64,000 bases of DNA from Thermomicrobiales bacterium (GTDB lineage: Bacteria; Chloroflexota; Chloroflexia; Thermomicrobiales; UBA6265). A model generated the notes under the pieces. It was not told where the DNA came from. It ran no database searches and was given only the letters and a program-made list of their open reading frames with translations. Position 1 is the stretch's first letter. Each line of letters begins with the position of its first letter. The DNA lies in assembly GCA_046328335.1 (NCBI GenBank), contig JAXLWU010000015.1:30023-94022 (forward strand), written 5' to 3'. The position numbers and the translations under genes are program-made. This document shows positions 26,746 to 36,383 of the stretch, one piece after another.

Positions 26746-27456
26746 TTGTTACACTCCGCCGCGAACGCGAACGAGCGCGTGAATCCAGTCCCCGCCAGTG
26801 CTGGAGTGCCCGTCGTGCATGCTCGAGAAACGCTCCCAGTTGACGCAGCCAATGATATTCAGAACTTGCAACTCCAGATCCGGAATTTGCAGCAGCGTCT
26901 CGCGTTCTACGAAGGGTTTGACAGCCTCATCCAGGACAACGTCGCCCAGTCGCGCGAGTTGCTCCGGCTCGCCGCCAAAGAGCGTGCCGACGCGACTGCA
27001 TCAGCGGACCGCGTCCGCATGGAGCGGGAAAGTCGGGAGCGCGAGCATCGGGCCGAATTGCAGGCGATCCAGGCGGAGGTCACAGCGGTAAGTCAATCGC
27101 TTCTCAGCCTCGGCAGGCGGCTCGACACCGCGCTGAACAGTGGGACCGCGATGCCCGCGTTCGAGGAGGAGCGGACCCGAAGAACATCCATCGCGGTCAT
27201 TGTTCATGGAGTACCTTCGGCAAGGACCGCGCTTTCGCTGCAGCGCTTGCTTTCGTCTCTGCCGTTCGTGAACGATGTGCAGGCGCGCGAATTCTCGGCT
27301 GGCGTGCTTCGCCTGGAAGTCAGCGGCAGCGCGGCAGTTACCGCGGCCCACTTTGCAGGTTGGGAAGACCCTCGTTCGGTCGAAGTGCTGACCGAGCGGC
27401 CCGACGCGCTGGAAATCATGTTGCGGCCGGCAATCGTGGCGAAAGCGGGCGACTGA
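26746..27456 (+). CDS. hypothetical coiled-coil protein
   Basis: 236-aa ORF. The central Q/L/E/R heptad-like region is IQNLQLQIRNLQQRLAFYEG...RMERESREREHRAELQAIQAEV. No recognisable domain and the start is uncertain. Confidence 0.5.
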   Translation: MLHSAANANERVNPVPASAGVPVVHARETLPVDAANDIQNLQLQIRNLQQRLAFYEGFDSLIQDNVAQSRELLRLAAKERADATASADRVRMERESREREHRAELQAIQAEVTAVSQSLLSLGRRLDTALNSGTAMPAFEEERTRRTSIAVIVHGVPSARTALSLQRLLSSLPFVNDVQAREFSAGVLRLEVSGSAAVTAAHFAGWEDPRSVEVLTERPDALEIMLRPAIVAKAGD

Positions 27457-27485
27457 ACGTCAGGACGTTCACGGCGTGATGAGCG

Positions 27486-27788
27486 CTATTTGACCTCGAT
27501 CTCGATGAACACGAACTCGCTGTCAGCGCCATTGATCACGTCATGCTCGACACCGGCCGCTCGCGCATACGATCGACCAGCGACCAGTTCGGAAACGGTC
27601 GTTCCGCTTGCGGCCTCGATCGTGAGGGCGCCAGTCGTCATCGGAACGACTACGTAGTCGTACGCGTGGCGGTGCCAGCCGGTGTGCGCGCCCGGGGCGA
27701 ACCGCCACTCCGTGACGATGACCCGCTCGTTTTCGACCTGACGGGTTGGCACCGCGAGTGGACGGTCGGTAGCGGCGCTCTCTGCCAT
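27486..27788 (-). CDS. cupin-domain protein
   Basis: 100 aa. VTEWRFAPGAHTGWHRHAYDYVVVP...ARAGVEHDVIN fits the two cupin motifs. Confidence 0.7.
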   Translation of the reverse strand: MAESAATDRPLAVPTRQVENERVIVTEWRFAPGAHTGWHRHAYDYVVVPMTTGALTIEAASGTTVSELVAGRSYARAAGVEHDVINGADSEFVFIEIEVK

Positions 27789-27901
27789 TCGTATCCCTCA
27801 ACTCTGGACATCCCGATCGGGCTGAGCACAACGAAAAACCCCGCGCCTTGGTGGCGCGGGGCTTGGCGAACCAGTGGCGCCGAAGCGCCAAGTCTGTCGC
27901 G

Positions 27902-28207
27902 TTACGGCCGCTGGGCGATGACGTCCGGCTGCACCAGGTACATGACCGCGGCGCCGTCGAAATCAGGCGTGAAGCGGACGACGACCGGAGCAGTACCGGC
28001 GCCGTTGGAAACACCGAGAACGGCGGTGCGATCACCGTCGGGGGTGTGAACCACTTCGTAGTCGTAGCCCGGAACTGGGTTCCAGACAATCGCGTCGTCA
28101 CCGTCAATCACAGCCTGCGCGCCCGCGGCGCCAGCCAGGCCAGCCGAAACGGTGGCGACCGCCGCAAACGCGACCAGGCCGCGGCGAACGAATTGCGTAG
28201 CACGCAT
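27902..28207 (-). CDS. small secreted hypothetical protein
   Basis: ATG at 28207 is preceded by AAAGGAG. Signal peptide MRATQFVRRGLVAFAAVATVSAGLAGAAGAQA. ~70-aa mature beta-rich part. Confidence 0.6.
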   Translation of the reverse strand: MRATQFVRRGLVAFAAVATVSAGLAGAAGAQAVIDGDDAIVWNPVPGYDYEVVHTPDGDRTAVLGVSNGAGTAPVVVRFTPDFDGAAVMYLVQPDVIAQRP

Positions 28208-28334
28208 GGAATCCGGCTCCTTTCGTAAACCCGCGCCCCATCCCGTCTGGGAGCGCCTCCCCGATCCCGCACCCGAGCGATTCGTCAGCCACGCCTCGAT
28301 GGCTGTCGCTCGCTCCCCCCACGCGATCCTCCGC

Positions 28335-28362
28335 ATCATACACCATTCTAGGCGTCTGCCAA
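28335..28362 (-). promoter_or_regulatory. candidate sigma70-type promoter for the small secreted protein gene
   Basis: The minus strand reads TTGGCA-N16-TATGAT. It lies ~120 nt upstream of the 28207 start. Confidence 0.4.
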
Positions 28363-28440
28363 GACTCACAGGGGGGCAATTGATCCTAAACGTCAGCACC
28401 TCCTCCGTATGGGCTGCATTTGGGGGCTCATTGCCACCAT

Positions 28441-29478
28441 CTACATGCCTTCTTCGCAGGCGATGCCGTCCAGATCCGGATCAAGAGCGGAGATGATAGC
28501 AGGATCGGCATCGAGTAACCCAGCTGCCTCATAGGCGAGTTGGGAGTCATACCAGGTTCCGTAACTGTCGCACCCGGCAATCGCGTTGGTTGAACTGGTA
28601 TCCGCTGGCGGGGCGATAACGTCGGTATCACCGGCAACGGATATGGTTGACGGCGCATCATCGGAAACGATGTAGCGGCCATCGGGACCGAGCAGCGAGG
28701 TCGTGCCCGATCCGTTTCGTCGGACCGTGCCGGGGGCGGCGGAGGCACTGCCAGGTCCAAGGGATGAGGCATTGCCGTCGGTGGCGGTCATGTCTTCGCT
28801 GGTGTCTTGCGCCAGAGAAGTGGAACGTGCGTCTGCCGTCACCGGCGCATGATCGACGGCGTCTTGCGAGAGCGGCTCGCTCGAGCCGCTCGGGTTGGGC
28901 GTGAATTCATCCCAGACCAGAGGATCGGTCTGGATGCCGAAGAGTTCTTCACCGTCACCAATCCCGTCACCATCCGTATCGAAGACGGTGGGATCGGTGC
29001 CGTAAATGTTCAGTTCGTCGCCATCCGCTACGCCATCGCCGTCGGAATCCGAATTGTAAGGATCCAGGCCAAGATCCCATTCAAGATCGTCCGGGTAGTT
29101 GTCCGCGTCGGCGTCAGTTTCGCTCACAACAAGCGTTTCGTCATTAGGCGCCGCGGCCGATGCCGTGTTGTCGATGCCCCCCCCGTCGGTGGCGTTCCCG
29201 TTCTCCGCCACGGGCTCTGTCGCAACAGGCGCGGGGGGCGGTGCTGTGACGATCGAGGGCGACTCGATTACCGTTCTCTCGGAACCTGTATTGATGTCGC
29301 CGTAGACGATGGTGCCTCCGCCGCCATTGGCAGTCGGATTCACGCCTGCCGTCGAGCGCACCGCAGAGCCATCGGCGTTGGTTGCAATCGGTGTCTCGTT
29401 CGTCTGCCCCTGGGCTCCAGCGTACGCATTGAAGAGGCCGAGGCTGAGGAAGAGGACGGTAATGACAAGTTTGCGCAT
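28441..29478 (-). CDS. secreted Ca-binding repeat protein with C-terminal Excalibur domain
   Basis: Signal peptide MRKLVITVLFLSLGLFNAYAGAQG. DxDxDG repeats DPYNSDSDGDGVADGDE and DPTVFDTDGDGIGDGEE. C-terminal CDSYGTW...LDPDLDGIACEE matches the Excalibur DxDxDGxxCE motif. Confidence 0.75.
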   Translation of the reverse strand: MRKLVITVLFLSLGLFNAYAGAQGQTNETPIATNADGSAVRSTAGVNPTANGGGGTIVYGDINTGSERTVIESPSIVTAPPPAPVATEPVAENGNATDGGGIDNTASAAAPNDETLVVSETDADADNYPDDLEWDLGLDPYNSDSDGDGVADGDELNIYGTDPTVFDTDGDGIGDGEELFGIQTDPLVWDEFTPNPSGSSEPLSQDAVDHAPVTADARSTSLAQDTSEDMTATDGNASSLGPGSASAAPGTVRRNGSGTTSLLGPDGRYIVSDDAPSTISVAGDTDVIAPPADTSSTNAIAGCDSYGTWYDSQLAYEAAGLLDADPAIISALDPDLDGIACEEGM

Positions 29479-29560
29479 CGACGCCCCTCCACGGGCGGCA
29501 GTCGCTCGAATTCAGCAAAGGTCGGCGCCGCAGCGGCGCATTCCGCGACACAGACCGTCT

Positions 29561-29905
29561 CTATTCCGATTGAACGTCCGGTATCCGCTCATGGTTTCGG
29601 CGCAACGACGAAGTGGCGACACGATGTCCTTGATTCCACTCCGTGTACGCCCCAGTCGCCTCATCGCGGTCGATTGCGTTGAGGTCGACTACTGCATCTC
29701 GATCATCGAGGCAGCGAGCGATCAGGAGCACAAGCCCGCGTGCTTCGTCGCCATTGCCGCATTCAGCGAGAACATAGTCCTGTTCCCAGGCCGAAGCGAT
29801 GATTCGGGTTCGGTGGTCGTACTTTGCAACCTGCTGATAGTTCAGAACGGCGGCGCGATCGAGGTTGACCAGCACCGGCCATTCGCTCCTCGTGAGAACC
29901 CACAT
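29561..29905 (-). CDS. hypothetical protein
   Basis: 114-aa ORF with ordinary amino-acid composition. No motif recognised. Confidence 0.4.
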   Translation of the reverse strand: MWVLTRSEWPVLVNLDRAAVLNYQQVAKYDHRTRIIASAWEQDYVLAECGNGDEARGLVLLIARCLDDRDAVVDLNAIDRDEATGAYTEWNQGHRVATSSLRRNHERIPDVQSE

Positions 29906-29962
29906 CTGTCGATTCCTTCCGACAAATCACGCCAAGCATTGCGCTGACGATTTTCGGGCAGA

Positions 29963-31270
29963 CTACGGACCATGTCGGCCTGGATCGGCGGCCGTTCTCG
30001 AGCGCATGGCACGGCGAAGCCAGAGACAGCGAGCGGCCAGCGACATCGCGCGGAGTCCCGTCCCGGCGGCGACTACCCCGAGGATCGCCATTGGTACGTG
30101 GTAACGATCGAATTCGGAGCGCATGCCCAGGATGGTGATCGCAACTTGACCACCGAGGAGCATCAGCACCAGAAATGGAGCCGAGAGTGGTCCAGCGCGA
30201 ACGGCGATCGCGATCATTACCGCGAGACCGGCCAGGGGAATGAGCAGCTCGACGACGTGTGCTGCCGTGGGTGCGTCCTGACCGACAAGAGCCGTCAGCG
30301 TGTCACTGAGGGTGAAGCGCTCACCAAAATTGACGGCAACGCGGCGCAGCGCCTCGATGCGGGTCGGCACCGCCATCGCCGGCCAGTCGGAGGCTTGCTG
30401 CGCCATTTCCGCCGTTCGAAAGGCGAAGAGGTTGCGGGTGCGGCCAACCGGATCAGGCCATAGATAGGGATAGACCGCAACAAACGTGATGCACGCCGCG
30501 GCGGCGGCAATGATTCCTCCTCGGGCCAAGGGCCGCGCTGTAGATGGCCATGATCCGCGGCTGACGAACGGACGGAGAGCTAGTGCGAGCGATCCCGAGC
30601 CGAGCAATGCGGCCAGGACCAGCGGCGAGAGTTTTGTCGCCGCTCCGAGACCGAGCGTCGCCCCTCCTGCAATTGCGCGCGGAACGGTCGGCAGTTCCGC
30701 GAATGAGGCACCAATGCCCGCGGCAAGCGCGATCAAGAACGCAAAGAGCGCATCCGACATGGCAAGCGAACCGATGTAGAGCGTGAACGGATGCACGGCG
30801 TAGAGCAATCCAGTGAGGAGTGCCCAACCGAAAGGGACGAAGGCTTGGGCGACATAAACGACAGCCGCAGCGGTGAGAGCAGTCAGGAAAGCGCTCGTGC
30901 GGCGCCCGGCCGCGAGGTCAGAATCAGACGGACCATTGCCGACCGCGAAGTTGGCTTCCCAGGTGATCGAGAAATCCCAGGGAGGGTTGGTGCGCAAGTC
31001 ATGTCCCTGAAGGAGGAGTCCGGCGCCCATGACGTATGAACCGAGCGGTGGTTGACCCCTGGTCATGTACTGATCGGCCCAGACCGGTCCGAATGGATCG
31101 GCTAGTGCGGCAAGATAGTGAGCCCGTGATAGCCAGCGGCTCTCATCCGGATTGAAGCCCGTAAAGGGTGCCGCGGCATCCGCCAGGAGAAAGGCGACGA
31201 CTGCGACAAGCGCCATCGCAAACCATGGCCGACGGTCACTCTGAGACTCGCCAGTCTTGTTCCCGATCAC
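29963..31270 (-). CDS. polytopic membrane glycosyltransferase, GT39/ArnT (PMT_2)-like
   Basis: The C-terminal ~435 aa of the 1041-aa ORF are highly hydrophobic and multi-TM, with an early loop FNPDESRWLSRAHYLA...TRGQPPLGSYVMG reminiscent of ArnT/PMT families. The start (GTG 31270 or ATG 31216) is uncertain. Confidence 0.5.
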   Translation of the reverse strand: MIGNKTGESQSDRRPWFAMALVAVVAFLLADAAAPFTGFNPDESRWLSRAHYLAALADPFGPVWADQYMTRGQPPLGSYVMGAGLLLQGHDLRTNPPWDFSITWEANFAVGNGPSDSDLAAGRRTSAFLTALTAAAVVYVAQAFVPFGWALLTGLLYAVHPFTLYIGSLAMSDALFAFLIALAAGIGASFAELPTVPRAIAGGATLGLGAATKLSPLVLAALLGSGSLALALRPFVSRGSWPSTARPLARGGIIAAAAACITFVAVYPYLWPDPVGRTRNLFAFRTAEMAQQASDWPAMAVPTRIEALRRVAVNFGERFTLSDTLTALVGQDAPTAAHVVELLIPLAGLAVMIAIAVRAGPLSAPFLVLMLLGGQVAITILGMRSEFDRYHVPMAILGVVAAGTGLRAMSLAARCLWLRRAMRSRTAADPGRHGP

Positions 31271-31393
31271 CGCGCGTGGGCCCTGGCCGTCGATCGCGTG
31301 TGATCTCGCGCACTGATGAACGGGACTGCCAAATGCGGGGTAGAGTAGTGTCCGCTTTGTGCGAGAGGTGAATTTTTCTCGGCGGGAGAGACC

Positions 31394-33826
31394 ATGAAGA
31401 CGCGCGCCTCGGTGGTCATTGTCGGCGCCGGCATCGTCGGCTGCGCCACCGCGTATTTTCTCTCGAAGTACGGATGGACGGACATTGTGGTTCTCGAGCA
31501 AGGTCCCCTGTTTGCAACGGGTGGTTCCACGTCTCATGCTCCCGGGATTGTCTTTCAGACTAACAGTTCCCGCACCATGACGACATTCGCCAGGGACACG
31601 GTCGCGCTGTATGGATCTCTCGCACATGAGGGCCAGCCGTGCTGGTTCGGGGTCGGCAGCCTCGAGGTGGCAACATCCGAGGCGCGGTGGGCCGATTTGC
31701 ACCGCAAGGCAGGGTGGGCCAAGAGCTGGGGAATCGAGGCGGATCTGCTGACACCGGATCAGGCAAAGGCAAAACTTCCGCTGCTCGATGCCAGCAAGAT
31801 TCTCGGCGCCTACTACGTCCCGACGGACGGTGTCGCCAAACCGGTCTGGGCGGCAGAGGAACTGGCACGCGCCGCATGCGGCGCCACTTTCTACGCCCGG
31901 ACCGCGGTCAAAGGATTCGAGATCGAGCGTGATCGCGTGCGGGCGGTCCTGACAGCGCAGGGGAGGATCGGAACGGACCGGGTGCTGGTCTGTGCCGGCA
32001 TCTGGGGGCCGCTCGTCGGGCAAATGGCTGGGGTGCCCATTCCGCTTGCGCCGCTCGAACATCAGCTGGCGTGGACGACGCCGCTTGCCGAATTGGCCGG
32101 GGTGACGGCGGAGATTCAACAGCCGGTTCTGCGCCATCAGGACCAGGACCTCTATTTTCGACAACGACAGGACCACTACGGAGTCGGTGGATACGGGCAC
32201 GAACCGATCGTGGTCGATGCTGCAGACATTCGTCGTCACGGCGAACCGGATGACATGCCGGCCTCGAATCCGTTCGACGCCGAGGTCTTTTCCCCGGCAT
32301 GGCGCGCGGCAATCGATCTCTTGCCCGCGTTGGCACAAGTCGAGATTGCCAGCGCCGTCAACGGCATCTTCTCGTTCACGCCCGATGGCTTTTCGTTGCT
32401 CGGCGAGTCCGATCGCGTCCGCGGATTCTGGGTGGCGGAAGCAATCTGGATTACCCACGCCGGTGGCGCGGCAAGGGCTGTCGCCCAGATGATGACCAGC
32501 GGCACCAGCGACCTCGATTGCCACGAGTGCGACATCAACCGCTTCGATCGATACGCCACTTCCGGTGCCTACGTCCGTGAGCGCGGGGCGCAGCAGTACC
32601 GTGAGGTGTACGACGTCATTCACCCGCTGCAGCCGCTGGAGCGCCCGCGACCGCTGCGGCAATCTCCCTTTTATTCGCGAGAGGAAGCCCTCGGCGCCGT
32701 TTTCTTCGAGAGCCGAGGTTGGGAAGCGCCCCGCTGGTACGAGGCGAATGCCTCGTTGCTCGCGCAATACACCATTCCGGAACGCTCCAGTTGGAACGGA
32801 CAATTCTGGTCTCCCATCGCGGGCGCCGAGCATCTTGCCACCAGGGACCGCGCCGGACTGTTCGATATGACACCGCTCCAGAAGATCGAGGTGACCGGTC
32901 CGGGCGCCGCGGCCTGGCTCGAGCGGTTGACCACGAACAAGGTGGCCCGCCGCCCGGGAAGCGTCACGTACTCCTTGCTTCTCGACGATTCCGGCGGAAT
33001 CCGCAGCGATATCACGGTGGCCCGTTTCGGCGAGGAGACATTCCAGATCGGGGCCAATGGGCCGGCTGATCTGGCGTGGCTTCGACATGAAATTCCCGAC
33101 GACAATTCGGTGAGCGTAGCCGACGTGACTGGGGCACTCTGTTGCCTCGGTCTGTGGGGTCCCCGGGCGCGCGACATCATCTCCCGCATCGGACCCGGCG
33201 ACTGGAGCAACGAATCGCTCCCGTACTACACGGCGCGGGAGATGACCGTGGGCGAGGTCCCCGTTCGCGCCCTGCGCGTTTCGTACGTGGGCGAGCTTGG
33301 CTGGGAACTCTACACCTCACCGGAGTACGGCGGGAGGCTCTGGGACCTGGTCTGGAGCGCGGGACGGGAATTCGGTCTCGTGGCTGCCGGCCGTGCGGCG
33401 TTCGACACGTTGCGGCTCGAGAAGGGCTACCGGCTTTGGGGCGTGGACATGCACTGGGAGCATAAGCCCGACGAGTCTGGTCTCGGTTTTGCGGTCAAGC
33501 GATCCAAGAGCGAATTTCGCGGCCGGGATGCGGTTGGGCAGGCAGATACGGAATCTAGCCGCAGGCTTTGCTGCTTGAGATTGACAGAACCCGGCCGGGT
33601 GGTAATGGGCAAGGAGCCCGTCGTGCAGCACGAATCAGCCGTTGGCTACGTGACGAGTGCTGGCTATGGATTCTCGGTGGAGGAAAGTCTGGCGCTTGCC
33701 TGGTTGCCCGCGGAATTGTCCGACCCAGGGACGAAAGTCGCGGTGGAGTACTTTGGCGCGATGATTCCCGCCGAGGTCGTGACTGAACCGAGATGGGATC
33801 CGGAAGGAGCGCGTCTCCGCGGCTGA
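31394..33826 (+). CDS. FAD-dependent oxidoreductase fused to GcvT-type folate-binding domain (dimethylglycine/sarcosine oxidase-dehydrogenase family)
   Basis: N-terminal dinucleotide fold VVIVGAGIVGCATAYFLSK. The C-terminal half has the aminomethyltransferase-like blocks AGLFDMTPLQKIEVTGPGA and YVGELGWELY. 810 aa is typical of DMG oxidase-like enzymes. Confidence 0.8.
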   Translation: MKTRASVVIVGAGIVGCATAYFLSKYGWTDIVVLEQGPLFATGGSTSHAPGIVFQTNSSRTMTTFARDTVALYGSLAHEGQPCWFGVGSLEVATSEARWADLHRKAGWAKSWGIEADLLTPDQAKAKLPLLDASKILGAYYVPTDGVAKPVWAAEELARAACGATFYARTAVKGFEIERDRVRAVLTAQGRIGTDRVLVCAGIWGPLVGQMAGVPIPLAPLEHQLAWTTPLAELAGVTAEIQQPVLRHQDQDLYFRQRQDHYGVGGYGHEPIVVDAADIRRHGEPDDMPASNPFDAEVFSPAWRAAIDLLPALAQVEIASAVNGIFSFTPDGFSLLGESDRVRGFWVAEAIWITHAGGAARAVAQMMTSGTSDLDCHECDINRFDRYATSGAYVRERGAQQYREVYDVIHPLQPLERPRPLRQSPFYSREEALGAVFFESRGWEAPRWYEANASLLAQYTIPERSSWNGQFWSPIAGAEHLATRDRAGLFDMTPLQKIEVTGPGAAAWLERLTTNKVARRPGSVTYSLLLDDSGGIRSDITVARFGEETFQIGANGPADLAWLRHEIPDDNSVSVADVTGALCCLGLWGPRARDIISRIGPGDWSNESLPYYTAREMTVGEVPVRALRVSYVGELGWELYTSPEYGGRLWDLVWSAGREFGLVAAGRAAFDTLRLEKGYRLWGVDMHWEHKPDESGLGFAVKRSKSEFRGRDAVGQADTESSRRLCCLRLTEPGRVVMGKEPVVQHESAVGYVTSAGYGFSVEESLALAWLPAELSDPGTKVAVEYFGAMIPAEVVTEPRWDPEGARLRG

Positions 33827-34720
33827 TCAGGCATTGGGCCCAGATGTGATCCTGATCCGCTTCACGGTGACAGACGTGCCCTGGCTCCAAAGCCCGACGC
33901 CCAGATTGCCAGACGCGGTGTCGGGCAGATCGGATGGCCTTGTTCCAGCGACCACCACGTCTCCAACCGTGAGCGTGATCCTGTCGGCAGAGACGGAGAT
34001 ACGATACGTTTGAAATCCTGCGCCCGGGTCGAACGGCTCTTCGGCGAGAACCGGTTCGGTGTTGTACCCATTTTGCCAGTTCGTTACGTCGCTGAGGCGA
34101 ACGACCACCTGTTCTCCCTGACAGGGAAAGACCACCCCGCCGCCCGTGGCCCGCGCCGCACCAATGTCTTCAACAACCACACCAAAAGACTGGTTGCAAA
34201 ATGCGCTGAGCGTTCGATCTACCCGAATCTCCGCTTCGATCTCGATGTTTGACTGATCGAAGGTGCCGAGCGTGTGCCAACGCGCGGCGACGGCTGTGTC
34301 GCTGTCGAACTGGAGGCCGTCGTCGGAGGCGATCCAGTCTCCTTCGGCTAATGATGTGAACGATATTGTGTCTGGCGCATCCAGCAGCGTCAGGCCAGTG
34401 ACCGATGCAGTCTCCGGGGAAGGGGCAACCTGTGACTGACTCGATTGATCGACGGTCCGCGAGTCATCGGTCCGCGAAGGTTGATGGTCGAGATTCTCGA
34501 TCTGCGGTTGCGGCTCGTGAGCGATCTGGACGGTCCGCGGCGTCGGGGTCGGCGGCGCTCCGGTTATCACACCGGTGCCTGGGGCCGTTCCACCACTCAG
34601 CGAAGAAAGCAGACCTACCGCAGCGGCAACGACCAGCGTGATGGCAACGCTCAGGGCAGCGGCGATGGCGATTTCGCGACCACCTGATCCAGATCTACTG
34701 CGATCCCCGATGTGTGCCAA
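33827..34720 (-). CDS. hypothetical membrane-anchored protein with beta-rich extracytoplasmic domain
   Basis: N-terminal TM helix IAIAAALSVAITLVVAAAVGLL, then a Pro/Thr/Gln linker. The C-terminal ~190 aa are jelly-roll/lectin-like by composition only. Confidence 0.5.
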   Translation of the reverse strand: MAHIGDRSRSGSGGREIAIAAALSVAITLVVAAAVGLLSSLSGGTAPGTGVITGAPPTPTPRTVQIAHEPQPQIENLDHQPSRTDDSRTVDQSSQSQVAPSPETASVTGLTLLDAPDTISFTSLAEGDWIASDDGLQFDSDTAVAARWHTLGTFDQSNIEIEAEIRVDRTLSAFCNQSFGVVVEDIGAARATGGGVVFPCQGEQVVVRLSDVTNWQNGYNTEPVLAEEPFDPGAGFQTYRISVSADRITLTVGDVVVAGTRPSDLPDTASGNLGVGLWSQGTSVTVKRIRITSGPNA

Positions 34721-34860
34721 GCCTAGAACGCCTCCGCGACGTCAGTGTCCGTACACTGATCCTACTCCTTGTGATGACTGATGGCAATTCATTTTGAAAG
34801 TATTGAAACGTTTGACGTGTGATAGGCTAGGTCGGACATGTGAGGCGAGGACTTTGCTCG

Positions 34861-35673
34861 ATGAACGATAAACTGCTCAATTTGGCGCCGCCAAAGGCGA
34901 TGACCATCGCGGGATCTGATTCAGGCGCGGGAGCCGGGATCCAGGCCGATCTCAAAACGTTCGCGGCGCTCGGTGTGTACGGCACGTCCGCCGTGACGGC
35001 CGTTACTGCACAGAATACCAAGGGAGTGTTCGCGGTTGCGGAAGTCCCGGAAGAAGTCGTCTCACTGCAGATCGATGTCGTCCTGGACGACATCGGCGCC
35101 GACGCGCTGAAGACCGGCATGCTCTCGAGCGCATCGATCGTGAGAACAGTCGCCGACCGGATCGAGGCGTGGGGTGTCGCGAGGGTCGTTGTCGACCCGG
35201 TGATGGTCGCCAAGGGCGGTCACCCGCTGCTGCACGAACAAGCGGTGGCGGCCCTGAAGGACGCGCTGCTGCCGCTAGCGATGATTGTTACTCCGAACAT
35301 TCCCGAAGCGGAGATCCTGGCAGGGATGGTGATCGACTCGCCGGAAGCGGCAAGAAACGCCGCGATCGCCATTGCCGAACTTGGACCGAAGATCGTGGTG
35401 GTTAAAGGTGGGCATCGATCGGGAGATGCGTCGGACTTGGTGTACGACGGCAACACATTTGAGGAGTTTTCCGCGGAGCGGATCGTGACCGCGAACACGC
35501 ACGGCACTGGTTGCTCGCTTTCCGCCGCAATAACCGCGAATCTCGCCAAAGGCTTGCCGCCGATGGAGGCAATCAGCGAGGCCAAGCTCTGGCTGACGCA
35601 GGCTATCGAGCGTAGTTATGCGATCGGCGCCGGACACTCTCCGGTCAATCACTTTCATGCGCTTTGGCGATAA
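34861..35673 (+). CDS. thiD: hydroxymethylpyrimidine/phosphomethylpyrimidine kinase
   Basis: [47 protein letters not shown] and [11 protein letters not shown] are canonical ThiD blocks. Confidence 0.9.
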   Translation: MNDKLLNLAPPKAMTIAGSDSGAGAGIQADLKTFAALGVYGTSAVTAVTAQNTKGVFAVAEVPEEVVSLQIDVVLDDIGADALKTGMLSSASIVRTVADRIEAWGVARVVVDPVMVAKGGHPLLHEQAVAALKDALLPLAMIVTPNIPEAEILAGMVIDSPEAARNAAIAIAELGPKIVVVKGGHRSGDASDLVYDGNTFEEFSAERIVTANTHGTGCSLSAAITANLAKGLPPMEAISEAKLWLTQAIERSYAIGAGHSPVNHFHALWR

Positions 35674-35726
35674 GCGGATTCATTCGTGTAGTTCCAGAGA
35701 ACATCGATCAAAGGGGAAGCAGCGAG

Positions 35727-36377
35727 GTGGATAACAGCGAATTACGGGAGCGGCTGGCGGTCTACTACGTCGCCGACCCGGAACAGACGAACCGGAATTT
35801 CCTCGAAATTGTCGAACAGGCGCTGGCGGGGGGAGCGACGGCCGTGCAGTTGCGGGCCAAGCAGATGAGCGGCCGCGAGATGTTCGACTTGGGCGTGCTG
35901 ATGCGCGAGCGCTGCGCCGCGTGGGGGGCGCTCTTTTTTGTCAACGATCGCGTAGATGTTGGCATTGCCGTCGCCGCCGACGGTGTCCATGTCGGCGTCA
36001 ACGACCTGCCGTTGCTCGAGACGCGGGCGCTTGTCGGCGCCGACGTCATTGTCGGATTCTCACCCGTCGATGCGGAGGGTGTTCGGCGCGCGGCGGAACG
36101 TGGCGCCGATTACGTCGGCGTCGGGCCCGTCTTCACAACAGGGTCGAAATCAGACGCCGAACCACCGCTCGGCGTGGAGGGGACCGCGGCGCTGGCCGGA
36201 CTTTCCCCGGTGCCAGCGGTGGCGATCGGGGGAATTCAGATCGAGTCTGCGGGAGTGATCGTTCGGGCCGGTTTGGATGGCGTCGCGGTGATCAGTGCCA
36301 TTCAGGGGGCTGCGGACCCACGGGAAGCGGCCGCCCAATTGAAACGGGAAGTCGAGGCCGCGAAACTCGAGCGCTGA
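35727..36377 (+). CDS. thiE: thiamine-phosphate synthase
   Basis: LYYVAD-type start (LAVYYVADPE), AVQLRAK, FFVNDRVDVGIAVAADGVHVG, GVGPVFTTGSK, VAIGGI. GTG at 35727 follows GGGGAAGCAGCGAG. Confidence 0.9.
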   Translation: MDNSELRERLAVYYVADPEQTNRNFLEIVEQALAGGATAVQLRAKQMSGREMFDLGVLMRERCAAWGALFFVNDRVDVGIAVAADGVHVGVNDLPLLETRALVGADVIVGFSPVDAEGVRRAAERGADYVGVGPVFTTGSKSDAEPPLGVEGTAALAGLSPVPAVAIGGIQIESAGVIVRAGLDGVAVISAIQGAADPREAAAQLKREVEAAKLER

Positions 36378-36383
36378 CTCAGA

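Noticed and set aside
31271-33088. N-terminal two-thirds of the 1041-aa minus-strand ORF (29963-33088).
   Set aside because: This part is antisense to the well-supported 810-aa flavoenzyme gene and is Arg/Gly/Pro-rich. Only the hydrophobic C-terminal ~435 aa (29963-31270) look like a real GT39-like protein.
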